Origin: Thermoplasmata archaeon
GTDB lineage: Archaea > Thermoplasmatota > Thermoplasmata > GCA-020350865
DNA length: 64,000 nucleotides
Assembly: GCA_020348445.1 (NCBI GenBank)
Contig: CP070751.1
Coordinates: 279,672 to 343,671 of the forward strand
Direction of reading: 5' to 3'
Every line of letters starts with the position of its first letter. Position 1 is the first letter of the stretch. A model generated the notes under the pieces. It was given only the letters and a program-made list of their open reading frames with translations. It searched no databases and was not told the origin of the DNA. Both the position numbers and the translations under genes were made by a program. Shown piece after piece: positions 1-10,025 of this stretch.

Positions 1-1
1 C

Positions 2-454
2 AAAGGAACGGAAATATTACCTGATACAACCATATGTTTTTTCCCATCGAGTAAATTGCCCTTTACGAGATTGTATGAAATGGCAAAATACAGCCCCCTA
101 ACATGTCCTGAGGGTTACACCTCGTTGGGTGTTGAAATACCGTGTTTCTATCAGGATAAATCGTGGAATAAGAAAGACGATGATACTGCCGAAGAGGTGG
201 TAAATTATTTAGAAAATGAGAAGATAATTAAAAGAGAGAATTTGAAGGGATATATTGTACAAAAAGAACGATATTCCTATCCAATACCAACCATTGAATA
301 TTATCAGAAAATTGAAAAATTGCGGGCCTCACTAAAAATTTCTAATCTACATCTTGCTGGAAGAATGGGCTACTTCAAATATCTAGATATGTGCGATGCA
401 ATGGAGAGTGGTGAGAGAGCGGTGAACTCTCTTATATCTTCACATGAGAAATAG
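2..454 (+). CDS. FAD-dependent oxidoreductase, C-terminal part (UDP-galactopyranose mutase / protoporphyrinogen oxidase-like); 5' end outside window
   Basis: Frame is open from position 2 (KGTEILPDTTICFFPSSKLPFTRLYEM...). C-terminal YSYPI...LHLAGRMGYFKYLDMCDAMESG matches the GRxGxF/YxYxDM tail of this family. Lies in a glycan cluster. Confidence 0.6.
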   Translation, partial: KGTEILPDTTICFFPSSKLPFTRLYEMAKYSPLTCPEGYTSLGVEIPCFYQDKSWNKKDDDTAEEVVNYLENEKIIKRENLKGYIVQKERYSYPIPTIEYYQKIEKLRASLKISNLHLAGRMGYFKYLDMCDAMESGERAVNSLISSHEK

Positions 455-472
455 AACATATAAATTATAGTA

Positions 473-1588
473 TCATTTCTTTTGAATACAGCTTTTATAT
501 ACATTTAAATATGACTCGACCATCTGGTCAAAGTTAAAATTACTTTCAACGGTGTTCCGAGCATTCTTTCCTAGGATTTTACTTGCTTCTTGGTTGTTGA
601 TACACCATACTAATTTTTCGAGGATATCCTCTACATTCCTTGGTTTTATAAGAAAACCATTTTGTCCATTTTCAATAACAGCGCTTATGTCCCCAACATC
701 GCTTGCTATCACTACCATCTCACTTGCCATTGCCTCAAGCAACGCGTAGGGCAATCCCTCGGTATACGTGGGTAGAATAAAAACATCGCCCATATTATAG
801 AACCCAGAAATATCATTTTGTTGTTGAACATTAATTATATTTTGCTTTAGATCTAATCTTTCCACTGCCTCTAAATAACTATCTATATCTTGGTCTTTAA
901 CTAAGCCTACATTTACAAGCCGAAAATTGATAGATTCGGACTTTTTCAGTTTGCTAAGGGCCTCAAGTAGCTCATATATGCCTTTTGTGAACGTAAGACG
1001 ACCAACAAATAGAATTATAAATGAATTTTCAACATTGTACTTCAGCCGCATTCTTTTTCTTTGTTCCTTGTCCAAGTAGTATTTAGCTATATTCACACCA
1101 TTTTGTATCACTAATCCCCTTTTTTTATAGTATTTGTATGTGTCTTCGCTCACGTAAACTATTTGATCTGAAAAAGTCAGTATTACCCATTCCCCAATAA
1201 TTGTGACCTGTTTCAAGGGGAATGATTTACCATAAGGAATCTTACCATGAATAGTTGTAAGGATTGGGATTCTTAGAATCTTGCCAATGATCACAATAGG
1301 TGCAAGAAGGTGATTAGATGTCTGTAAATGTAAAACATCAATTTGCCGTGAATTTTTGAAAATAAAAAGAATCATTTTTAGTGTAAATATTAAGCTCCTC
1401 ACATATCTTAGGTCGGATATTGGTATCTCAATAATCTGCTCAGTTGAATTGTTATTTTTATCATAATCCTTGGTCAATATTACATAATCAATACCCCTTT
1501 TTTTTAAACGCTGACACAATTCTCTAATAAAAGTTCCTACACCACCAACAACTTTAGGAGAATACGGAGTAACGAAGCAAATCCTCAT
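473..1588 (-). CDS. GT4 family glycosyltransferase
   Basis: MRICFVTPY...GGVG N-terminus, ILFVGRL, EGLPYALLEAMA (E-x7-E). Start trimmed from 1648 to the ATG at 1588. Confidence 0.9.
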   Translation of the reverse strand: MRICFVTPYSPKVVGGVGTFIRELCQRLKKRGIDYVILTKDYDKNNNSTEQIIEIPISDLRYVRSLIFTLKMILFIFKNSRQIDVLHLQTSNHLLAPIVIIGKILRIPILTTIHGKIPYGKSFPLKQVTIIGEWVILTFSDQIVYVSEDTYKYYKKRGLVIQNGVNIAKYYLDKEQRKRMRLKYNVENSFIILFVGRLTFTKGIYELLEALSKLKKSESINFRLVNVGLVKDQDIDSYLEAVERLDLKQNIINVQQQNDISGFYNMGDVFILPTYTEGLPYALLEAMASEMVVIASDVGDISAVIENGQNGFLIKPRNVEDILEKLVWCINNQEASKILGKNARNTVESNFNFDQMVESYLNVYKSCIQKK

Positions 1589-1626
1589 TAGATTCAAACT
1601 CCTTCGTCTTTTTCTAAATTCATAAG

Positions 1627-3291
1627 CTATGGATGATCGAAATACCATACCTCATATGCACCGTTATCGTATATTTTATATCTCGCCTCGATGGAAGATG
1701 TTAAAAACCGCGAATAATAAGACCGTGCAAAGGCCCAATATCCAGTTAACCAATTCTTATCGACTACTGAGTACTGCAATCTATATTTAATTATTAATTG
1801 GTCAGAAACATCATCACACTGGGTTTGATGAATAGTGGTCCAATCCTGTTCGACGTTACCTGCACCCTTTGCTTTATATAAAGCATCTGAACCAACAGTA
1901 ATTTTATCGATGGCAATCGGGATTATTTGATAGTCCTCCTCATGAAGATAATCGTAAATGAGCTGTTCCGGTCCGTTATCAACTAAAGTGGCCCCACCTA
2001 TCGGTAAGCATGATTTCCCTGATATAGCACTTATCCTCGCAGCTTTAAGCCCGTTGTTTGCGATATAGGTATTGTTAGTGTTATACTTCACATATATTGC
2101 ACAATCATAAGTTGGTTCAGTCATGGTGTAATCGGTCACCCTCCAGTGACTCCACATGTAGCTGTGAAATCCAACAGAAGCTATAAGGGCAGCAGCCATT
2201 ATTGCCAAGGCAAGGCCAGTAACCTTTTTTCTTTTTAGAAATTTAAAAATTTGGAGGAAAGAATAACCCGCTAAAAGAGAAAAGAATATGAGAAAGAAAT
2301 AGGATGAATATGTTCTCATGCCTATTGTTGGAAAGATAAAAATCAAAGATACAACTATAAAAACTTCGTAAAGTCCCTTGTTCTTTTTCCAAATCAGGTA
2401 TGCAAATCCGATCATTGCGAACAATATCATAAAGCCTATCCTACCGATCAAGCTCACGAAAAGATTGAGTAAAAGGATGGGGATCGACCTCCCTGTAAAA
2501 AACACGGTCTCTTGATAGACCACGAGGCCTTGAGCTCCTTGAAGGGGATTGTTGCCTGAAATTAGCATACCCAAAAGAGCAACGAATATCCCCGTTATTA
2601 TCAAAGGTCCCGCAATCCTGAAACTCCGATTTAATTTCTTGGACTTTATTGTCATTGGAAGAATCTGTTTGTATAAAGCAAACATAATCACGCCGGTGAG
2701 ATACGCTATTAAGATAAATATCATGAACACGCCAAGCCTATGACTGGTTCCCACTGTGAAAAGGGTGATTACGAACAGAATGTTGAGCCTGTTTATCGCA
2801 AATCCCCTGGTTTTGAGAAGAAGCAACATACAGGACGGGGCCAGTGCTACAAACAGATTTCTTGTGGAGGCCTGCCAGAATGTCGTTCTGACGAAAACAG
2901 GGGATAAAGTGAAGGTCAATGCAGCCACAAAACAGAACAAATCATCCTTCTTTATCTCCCTTGCAAGGAAGTAGGTTCCAAAAACCCCTATAAGACCAAG
3001 GGCAATTGAGATTAAGAAAATTGAACTCTCAACATCCAAACCGGTGCTTACTGAGACATCTGCAGCTAGGAATGGATAGGCACTTGGATAAGAAAAGGGG
3101 TATAGTCCAATATACGATAAAGGATGAAGAATCCACTTTGCATAATGGTGCCTTGTTATCGAGTCTCCAAGTATATGGATGACAAAAGAATCTGCACCGA
3201 GTTCATGCTGAACTGTGGGGTATCTGAGCGCTACATTTAACGTAATTAAAAAGGAAAGTAATAGGAAGTTCACCCTTTTTGAGAATTTCAT
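1627..3291 (-). CDS. Polytopic membrane protein with C-terminal soluble domain, GT-C-like (lipid-linked-sugar glycosyltransferase or polymerase)
   Basis: Many hydrophobic segments in the first ~380 aa, acidic ELGADSF loop after TM1, then a soluble tail. No WWDYG motif. Glycan-cluster context. Confidence 0.5.
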   Translation of the reverse strand: MKFSKRVNFLLLSFLITLNVALRYPTVQHELGADSFVIHILGDSITRHHYAKWILHPLSYIGLYPFSYPSAYPFLAADVSVSTGLDVESSIFLISIALGLIGVFGTYFLAREIKKDDLFCFVAALTFTLSPVFVRTTFWQASTRNLFVALAPSCMLLLLKTRGFAINRLNILFVITLFTVGTSHRLGVFMIFILIAYLTGVIMFALYKQILPMTIKSKKLNRSFRIAGPLIITGIFVALLGMLISGNNPLQGAQGLVVYQETVFFTGRSIPILLLNLFVSLIGRIGFMILFAMIGFAYLIWKKNKGLYEVFIVVSLIFIFPTIGMRTYSSYFFLIFFSLLAGYSFLQIFKFLKRKKVTGLALAIMAAALIASVGFHSYMWSHWRVTDYTMTEPTYDCAIYVKYNTNNTYIANNGLKAARISAISGKSCLPIGGATLVDNGPEQLIYDYLHEEDYQIIPIAIDKITVGSDALYKAKGAGNVEQDWTTIHQTQCDDVSDQLIIKYRLQYSVVDKNWLTGYWAFARSYYSRFLTSSIEARYKIYDNGAYEVWYFDHP

Positions 3292-3371
3292 TGATATCCC
3301 CTATATGACAGGCTATTTAAATATTTTTTAGGTGCATTATGGCCTAAGATAACCTAATTTTAAAATCTATT

Positions 3372-4124
3372 TTATAGGTTCTCGAGCTTTTTTATCAAAA
3401 TCTTTTCCAAATAATGATTCATAACAAAATATTGCTTTCCATCGTCTTTATCTTGTCTAATTGGTTTATGTTTAATCTCTTTAATTTTTAAAATCACCTT
3501 GGTAAAAGCTGAACTGGTATTTTCTTGGCATTTCAATCTAATGCTTTGCAGAGAGTCTCCTTTCTCAATTTGGAATTTTTGGAGGTGTAAGATATCGCCC
3601 ATATCCACTCCAGGTGAAACGAAATGTATGGTAATACCTGTTTCCTGCCCCATTAAGATGGCCCACTTGGTTACATCCATTCCCCTGATTTTTGGGAGAA
3701 TGGCATAATGGCTGTTCAACGTTCCAATTTTTGGTATATCCAATATTCTCTTTCGGATTATTCCTGTCCCCCATAATAAAATCAAGTCAGGTTGCATTTT
3801 ATTAAGGATTTTAATGCATTTTTTACTATTATGGTCTCTGACATAAAAGACGGGAATTTGCAATTCTTTTGCTACTTTACTGATTCTTCTGGAAAACATT
3901 TTACTTTCTATATCCATTTCATTTCCATTATTACCCATGATTTTTTTCAGAGTTCCCTTAAAACCATAGGTCTTCATCCCCCACTTGAATGAGTCGAAAA
4001 GGCTAGTATTGCCATATATCAAAGCCACGGGTTTGACACCCATTGCCGTTAAATCACGTAATGTTCTTTCTTTCCATGCTAGTTTATCAAACCTAGGATA
4101 TCTAGAAAAAATGACGATGTTCAT
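3372..4124 (-). CDS. N10-formyl-THF-dependent formyltransferase (probable nucleotide-sugar N-formyltransferase)
   Basis: PDLILLWG...LNSHYAILPKIRG...TGITIHFVSPGVDMGDI matches the NxHxxxLPxxRG and GxTxH...DxG signature. Confidence 0.8.
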   Translation of the reverse strand: MNIVIFSRYPRFDKLAWKERTLRDLTAMGVKPVALIYGNTSLFDSFKWGMKTYGFKGTLKKIMGNNGNEMDIESKMFSRRISKVAKELQIPVFYVRDHNSKKCIKILNKMQPDLILLWGTGIIRKRILDIPKIGTLNSHYAILPKIRGMDVTKWAILMGQETGITIHFVSPGVDMGDILHLQKFQIEKGDSLQSIRLKCQENTSSAFTKVILKIKEIKHKPIRQDKDDGKQYFVMNHYLEKILIKKLENL

Positions 4125-5305
4125 GGCAGCCTTTCCTCCAGATCTTTTGTAATTTTCAGCCGCAGCATAAGAGCATCAACAAAAAATTTTGTTGCCCAGT
4201 TTGGATATTGGAAAGGTGCATATATGCCCCAGATTGGGTGAGAGCCTGAAATGGCTCCCCTGATATCTTTAGATCGTGAATTTATATTCTGTAAATAACA
4301 AAGAAGATCTGTTGCATCCAAACCAGCATTTAGATATCGAATATCATCTGTTAATTCATAGATTTTAAACCAAATAAAGCTGTGTTGAGCAATCCCTGTC
4401 AAGCATTCGGTATCAACTATCGGCTTCCATTTCTCGTTATAGGATGTTTGTAAAAACTTCTTAATCTCAAATTTCCTCATTAAAACCTCGCTAGTTTTTA
4501 TAACAGATTCTAAATATCTGTTATCATGCAGAATTTTATATCCTTCCAATAACCCTCTTAGGGTATAAGCAATGCCATGTGTATTACAGGTACGATAATC
4601 CTTTTCAAAACAACAATTTTCAAAATAGCCATTTTCCTTTTGTTGTGACAAAACCCATGAATAAATATCCAATGCAGTATCTAAGTAGCCTTGTTTTTGA
4701 CTCAATGAATGCAATTCCAAAATCGCCCAAGCAACCCTTGAATGATAAGTATGCAAGATATTTTGGTAGCAATGTTTTAGCCACAGGCGATCATCCTTTC
4801 TAATTTCTTCAAGAAAGTCCCCGGCTTTGGTCAAGGCCTTCATGTACTTCATATCGTTGGTTCTCTTATATGCCTCAATCCAGCCCAACATAACCATGCC
4901 AGTATTGAATATTACTGAAGGTTTCCTGCTCCTATCTTTTATGGAGCCTTCATTTATTCCCCCATCTTTCTTTTGAATCTCAATCAACCAATCGCACATG
5001 GCGATGGCCTCATCAAAATACTTTTTTTGTGATGAAAAGTCCGAGTATTCGAAGAGTGATTTTGCTATATATCCAGTGGTTTCGGGATATGCTGGTTCCC
5101 ACCCCTTGGAATATCTGAAGGCAGCAGCAGAACCTCTATAATTTGTAACCTTATGAGTCATATGCAACCACATAATTGCATGCTTGAGATTGATATCAAT
5201 TGATTGATTTAATTCCGGGAATGGTAAATATTTCCTCTTTAGATTGGTCCAGGGGTCTTTAATTACCTGGTATGAAAGTCTTAATGCCCTCGCAGCAGGA
5301 TTCAT
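4121..5305 (-). CDS. Alpha/alpha-toroid protein (prenyltransferase/squalene-oxidase-repeat-like) of glycan loci, function unknown
   Basis: YPETTGYI, QxxDGG, QxENGYF repeats and YPNWATKFF tail. Start moved to ATG 5305, which has an AAGGAG Shine-Dalgarno. Overlaps the formyltransferase start by 4 bp. Confidence 0.6.
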   Translation of the reverse strand: MNPAARALRLSYQVIKDPWTNLKRKYLPFPELNQSIDINLKHAIMWLHMTHKVTNYRGSAAAFRYSKGWEPAYPETTGYIAKSLFEYSDFSSQKKYFDEAIAMCDWLIEIQKKDGGINEGSIKDRSRKPSVIFNTGMVMLGWIEAYKRTNDMKYMKALTKAGDFLEEIRKDDRLWLKHCYQNILHTYHSRVAWAILELHSLSQKQGYLDTALDIYSWVLSQQKENGYFENCCFEKDYRTCNTHGIAYTLRGLLEGYKILHDNRYLESVIKTSEVLMRKFEIKKFLQTSYNEKWKPIVDTECLTGIAQHSFIWFKIYELTDDIRYLNAGLDATDLLCYLQNINSRSKDIRGAISGSHPIWGIYAPFQYPNWATKFFVDALMLRLKITKDLEERLP

Positions 5306-5489
5306 TATATTCTCCTTTAGTAATCCATTATGAAATACATTTTGTTTTGGGACAAATGGCGTTGAAGTTAAAAGTAATCTTACATAAAATATTTTTCTAA
5401 TCATTCTTTTAATCGGTATTTTCTCCATAAATATTATTATATACTTTACATATCGCAAAGCAGACTAGAAAAAAGACCGTAATGCTAAA

Positions 5490-6356
5490 TTGGAAGTAAT
5501 TGAAATGAAAAAAGAGAATCTTGAATCAAATATGAATGAAGATCCTGAGTATTATGGTGCAGGTTACTCGATATTCTTTAGGGAGGACAAACTGCTTTCT
5601 TACTCAGAAATATACAACTGGTGGAAATTGAAACGCATGATATCCAAGATGATAGAAGGAGAACGATTCAGTAAAAATAGAGAATACAGTCTTTTGGATA
5701 TGGGCTGCAGTAGGGGTCATGATCTCTTCAGAATTAACAGTGAATTTAATAATTATAATCTAAAATTAGTTGGCTATGATATCATCCCACAGGACATAGA
5801 GTATGCCAACAGGATATTGAAGCAAAAAGGTTTGAAAAATATGAGTTTCAAGGTGGCAAACGCGGAAAATCCAGGTTTTGAGGACAATTCCTTCGATGTT
5901 ATCACGTGCTCAGAAGTGATGGAACATCAAGAAAAACCCAAACAGGTCTTAAGGGAGTGTCATAGGATTCTCAAACCCAACGGTATTATAATAATCACAA
6001 CTCCGAACATAGCTTATAATGACATGTTGCCTAAGAGGTTGAGAAAAAGATTGAAGTCAAAGGTCCATGCTCAAAGCGATCAGACGCATACGAAAAAGCA
6101 CAAAGGAAAACAAAAAGAAATGCCCTATGAAAAGCACGTTTTTGTCGCGAATGTGGATGAATGGATTGATACCCTAAATAAAATCGGATTCCATGTGGAG
6201 GAACTGAAAAGGGGAAGTATCGTTTATGGTGGCCCTTTTTTTGATAGACATGTAAAACTAATGGGTTTTCTGCTGTTTTTCGATGATATATTAGACCATC
6301 TCACATATGGATATTCCTGGAATATCATAATAAAAGCAAGAAAAAGAGGCAAATAA
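5490..6356 (+). CDS. Class I SAM-dependent methyltransferase
   Basis: LLDMGCSRG motif I, NSFDVITCSEVMEH, RILKPNG. Confidence 0.85.
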   Translation: MEVIEMKKENLESNMNEDPEYYGAGYSIFFREDKLLSYSEIYNWWKLKRMISKMIEGERFSKNREYSLLDMGCSRGHDLFRINSEFNNYNLKLVGYDIIPQDIEYANRILKQKGLKNMSFKVANAENPGFEDNSFDVITCSEVMEHQEKPKQVLRECHRILKPNGIIIITTPNIAYNDMLPKRLRKRLKSKVHAQSDQTHTKKHKGKQKEMPYEKHVFVANVDEWIDTLNKIGFHVEELKRGSIVYGGPFFDRHVKLMGFLLFFDDILDHLTYGYSWNIIIKARKRGK

Positions 6357-6424
6357 TACTTAAATATCATGAATCATTTCAATTGCATAATAACTTGGAA
6401 ATGAAGATGTAAAAAAACAGTCTC

Positions 6425-7690
6425 GTGGATATTATGGACAAGAAAATTTGCATCATGGGTCTTGGCTATATAGGTTTACCTACAGCCAGCATGTTCGCAA
6501 CCCACGGTTATAACGTCATAGGAGTTGACGTAAACGAGAAAATCATAAAAAGTATGACCAATGGAACCATCCATATAAAGGAGCCTGGTCTTGAGACCAT
6601 AGCCCTTGCCGCATTGAATTCCAAACGACTTACAGTAAAAACAGATCCTGAGCCAGCTGATGTGTTCATAATTTGCGTTCCTACCCCTATCGATGAAAAC
6701 ACAAAGAAATCGGATCTAAGCTATGTGAAATCGGCCTGCGAGAGCATTCTTCCCTATCTTCAGAAGGGCAACCTGGTTATATTGGAATCAACGGTACCGC
6801 CCCTGACAACTAAAAACATATTGATACCGATTCTTGCCAAAAGCAAACTTGTGGTGGGTGAAGACATATTTATTGCATACTGCCCTGAGAGGGTTCTACC
6901 CGGTAAGATTCTAACAGAGCTCGTTAAAAATGATAGAATCATCGGTGGTTTTAATCTAAAATCGGCCCAAACTGCAAAAAAGCTGTACAAATCCTTTGTA
7001 GAAGGTGAAATCCATCTTACAGATTGCACAACTGCCGAGATGGTTAAGCTTATGGAGAACACCTTCAGGGATGTGAACATTGCACTGGCCAATGAATTTA
7101 TGAAGGTATCAGAACATGTGGGAACCGATGTTTGGGAGGCCATGTCCCTGGCAAATAAGCATCCACGGGTCAATTTTCACGACCCGGGGCCCGGAGTTGG
7201 AGGGCATTGCATTGCAATTGACCCTTGGTTCCTAGTTGATGCTGATAGGGAGGATACTGAACTTATTCAAATCGCCCGAAGGATCAATGATGACATGCCA
7301 AAGTATATAGTAGAGATCGTTGAAAAAGAACTTGAGGGTGTTGATAAACCGATTATAACCATATTTGGGGTGGCCTACAAGGGAAATGTTGGCGACACCC
7401 GCAAGTCCCCTGCAATAGACATCATCTCAATTTTAAAGGAAAAAGGCCACGAAGTAAGGATATATGATCCTCTAGTTGAGGAATTTGATCACAGACTTTC
7501 TCCTCTTTTTGAAGCCGTGGAAGATTCAGATTGCATACTTGTACTTGCAGATCATAGGATCTTCAACACCTTGGATTTGAAAGAAATATTTTCGAAGATG
7601 AGAGGCAAGAAGGTCATTGATACAAAAAATTGCCTCTCAAAAAGTTGGAAAAATACCGGCTTTGATTTAAGGATTTTAGGAAATGGATAA
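6425..7690 (+). CDS. wecC: UDP-N-acetyl-D-mannosamine dehydrogenase
   Basis: GLGYIGLP, CPERVLPG, KLMENTFRDVNIALANE, GPGVGGHC. Adjacent to wecB. Confidence 0.85.
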   Translation: MDIMDKKICIMGLGYIGLPTASMFATHGYNVIGVDVNEKIIKSMTNGTIHIKEPGLETIALAALNSKRLTVKTDPEPADVFIICVPTPIDENTKKSDLSYVKSACESILPYLQKGNLVILESTVPPLTTKNILIPILAKSKLVVGEDIFIAYCPERVLPGKILTELVKNDRIIGGFNLKSAQTAKKLYKSFVEGEIHLTDCTTAEMVKLMENTFRDVNIALANEFMKVSEHVGTDVWEAMSLANKHPRVNFHDPGPGVGGHCIAIDPWFLVDADREDTELIQIARRINDDMPKYIVEIVEKELEGVDKPIITIFGVAYKGNVGDTRKSPAIDIISILKEKGHEVRIYDPLVEEFDHRLSPLFEAVEDSDCILVLADHRIFNTLDLKEIFSKMRGKKVIDTKNCLSKSWKNTGFDLRILGNG

Positions 7691-8784
7691 TGATGAACAT
7701 ATGCATTGTTGTGGGCACACGCCCTGAGATTATCAAAATGTCTCCTATTGTAAGGGAATGTGAAAAAAGACAACTAAATTATTTTATGATTCACACCAAT
7801 CAACATTATTCCTACAATATGGACAGGATATTTTTTGAGGAGCTGCAGTTGGCTGAGCCAAAATACAATCTGGAAGTGGGCTCTGGAACCCATGGAGCTC
7901 AAACTGGAAAGATGCTAATTGAACTGGAAAAGATAATATCAAAAGAGATGCCCGATATCGTACTGGTTGAGGGTGATACCAATACCATCTTGGCGGCCTC
8001 ACTTTGTGCATCAAAATTACACATCGACGTGGGCCATGTGGAAGCCGGCTTAAGAAGTTTCGATAGGGCCATGCCCGAGGAGCTTAACAGGTTATTGGCA
8101 GATCATCTTTCAACATTCTTGTTCGCCCCAACAAAGATCTCGAAAGGAAATCTGACAAATGAAGGCATTCCTGAAAATAAAATATTCGTAGTAGGTAACA
8201 CGATCGTTGATGCAACATTGCGACATCTGAAAATCGCCCAATCCAAATCCAAGATCATGGAGAAACTGAATCTTATTGAATCAGGATATCTTTTACTAAC
8301 GCTGCACCGCCAGGAAAACGTTGATGATAAAGATAGATTGGAAAAAATAGTAACGTCCATCGAGGAAATTGTAAAGGATTTTAAATTACCAATTTTATAT
8401 CCAATCCATCCAAGATCAGATAAGATGATTAAGAAATTTGGACTGAAGGAGAGACTAGAGTCAAATTCAAAAATAAGATTAATTGAGCCTGTGGGTTACC
8501 TGGATTTTCTTGTTTTAGAAAAAAATGCAAAACTGGTCCTTACAGATTCTGGAGGAGTCCAGGAAGAGACCTGTATAATGAATGTCCCGTGTGTCACATT
8601 GCGCTATAATACCGAAAGACCAGAAACCGTGGAAGTTGGGAAGAATGTGATAGTAGGGGTGGAAACAAAGGATGTTTTAGAGGGTGTACAGGAGATGATA
8701 AACAAAGAATTGGGCCCTGAGAATCCTTTTGGGGACGGAAGGACAGGTGAAAAAATAGTGGATATTTTAGTAGAATCGTATTAA
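7690..8784 (+). CDS. wecB: UDP-N-acetylglucosamine 2-epimerase (non-hydrolysing)
   Basis: GTRPEIIK, HVEAGLRS, TLHRQEN, TDSGGVQEE, TERPE. Confidence 0.95.
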   Translation: MMNICIVVGTRPEIIKMSPIVRECEKRQLNYFMIHTNQHYSYNMDRIFFEELQLAEPKYNLEVGSGTHGAQTGKMLIELEKIISKEMPDIVLVEGDTNTILAASLCASKLHIDVGHVEAGLRSFDRAMPEELNRLLADHLSTFLFAPTKISKGNLTNEGIPENKIFVVGNTIVDATLRHLKIAQSKSKIMEKLNLIESGYLLLTLHRQENVDDKDRLEKIVTSIEEIVKDFKLPILYPIHPRSDKMIKKFGLKERLESNSKIRLIEPVGYLDFLVLEKNAKLVLTDSGGVQEETCIMNVPCVTLRYNTERPETVEVGKNVIVGVETKDVLEGVQEMINKELGPENPFGDGRTGEKIVDILVESY

Positions 8785-9953
8785 ATTACACCGGCCAATT
8801 CATTATGCATTTTCATAATCCTTTTTACCATTGCATTGGACGAATATCTCTCTGCTACTTCTCTTCTATCAGCTTTATATTCGTCTGACATCTTTAAGGC
8901 TGAAGTTAACTTGTTTTTATAATCTTCTTTGCTTCTGTTTTTCAAAAGAAAACCGATTCTTTCGGATGTTACAACATTACCAATATCCCCTACATCGGTG
9001 GAAACCACGGGAAGGCCGCAGGCTAAGGCCTCCAGTAGTATGGTTGGCAGGCCCTCAGTATACGAGGCCATGGCCAAAACATCTGCACAATTCAGTATAT
9101 TTGGCACATCTTCATGGGGCAAGGTTCTCAAAAAGTGTACATTTTTCACCCTTAAGCTTGATATCAATTCCCGAAGGCGCCCTTCCTCCTCCCCCTGCCC
9201 GACCAAAACCAAATCCACATCAGGCACTTCTTTATTTAAATCCAAAAAAGCCCTTATAATTAGATCGATACCCTTTACCTTGGAGAAACGCCCGACATAG
9301 AGAATGATTTTGTGATCTTGATTCAAACCTAATCTGTTACGAAGATCTTTTTTACCGGCTTTTATATCAAATTCATCGACGTTTATAGGAATTGGGATGG
9401 TAATGATCTTCTCTTTTTCCTTTGGGTATTTGTTTGCGTAGAATTCTTCATCTTTCTTGCTCACAGTCACTATCTTATCCACATTAGGAAGGATAAGATG
9501 CTCTAATATCAAATAGATATATCCTTTAATTTTTGACTTGAGACCTTTTCCAGTGAGATATCCTTTTGAAGCTGCACCATGAAAATAAAGGACGATCTTA
9601 CCTTTCTTAGATGGGAATAGAAATGGTATGGCAAAATCCAATCGTTGAATGTGAAGGACATTTTGAGCCAAAAAGGTATCTTTCTTTCTTTTATAGAGGG
9701 CAAGTATGAATTTAAATGTCTGGGGAAATAGGAAGCGGTCTTTTTTCTTCTCATATACGACTAAAGGTAAAAAACGGATGTTACTTCTGATGTTTTTGTT
9801 AACATTTTCGATAGTTGTATATCCGCAGAGCATAACCCTTTCGGTTTTGTTTACAGAATTTAAAAAATTCATTACATAATTTTGAGTGCCACTGATTTTC
9901 GAATCAAAAGGATTTATAGGTCCAATGAAAATCATGTTATCAGTATTATTCAT
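8781..9953 (-). CDS. GT4 family glycosyltransferase
   Basis: ILYVGRFSKVKG, EGLPTILLEALACG. Confidence 0.9.
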   Translation of the reverse strand: MNNTDNMIFIGPINPFDSKISGTQNYVMNFLNSVNKTERVMLCGYTTIENVNKNIRSNIRFLPLVVYEKKKDRFLFPQTFKFILALYKRKKDTFLAQNVLHIQRLDFAIPFLFPSKKGKIVLYFHGAASKGYLTGKGLKSKIKGYIYLILEHLILPNVDKIVTVSKKDEEFYANKYPKEKEKIITIPIPINVDEFDIKAGKKDLRNRLGLNQDHKIILYVGRFSKVKGIDLIIRAFLDLNKEVPDVDLVLVGQGEEEGRLRELISSLRVKNVHFLRTLPHEDVPNILNCADVLAMASYTEGLPTILLEALACGLPVVSTDVGDIGNVVTSERIGFLLKNRSKEDYKNKLTSALKMSDEYKADRREVAERYSSNAMVKRIMKMHNELAGVI

Positions 9954-10025
9954 ATTACGAATCGAACAACTTTAAAGATATATTAATTTACCTATGTTTT
10001 TTTTATTGGATCTTATTTAAAAAGA

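Noticed and set aside
1627-3291. Oligosaccharyltransferase AglB
   Set aside because: No WWDYG or DK/MI motif, and shorter than typical AglB.
3372-4124. Methionyl-tRNA formyltransferase (fmt)
   Set aside because: It lacks the Fmt C-terminal domain, sits in a glycan locus, and archaea do not use fMet.
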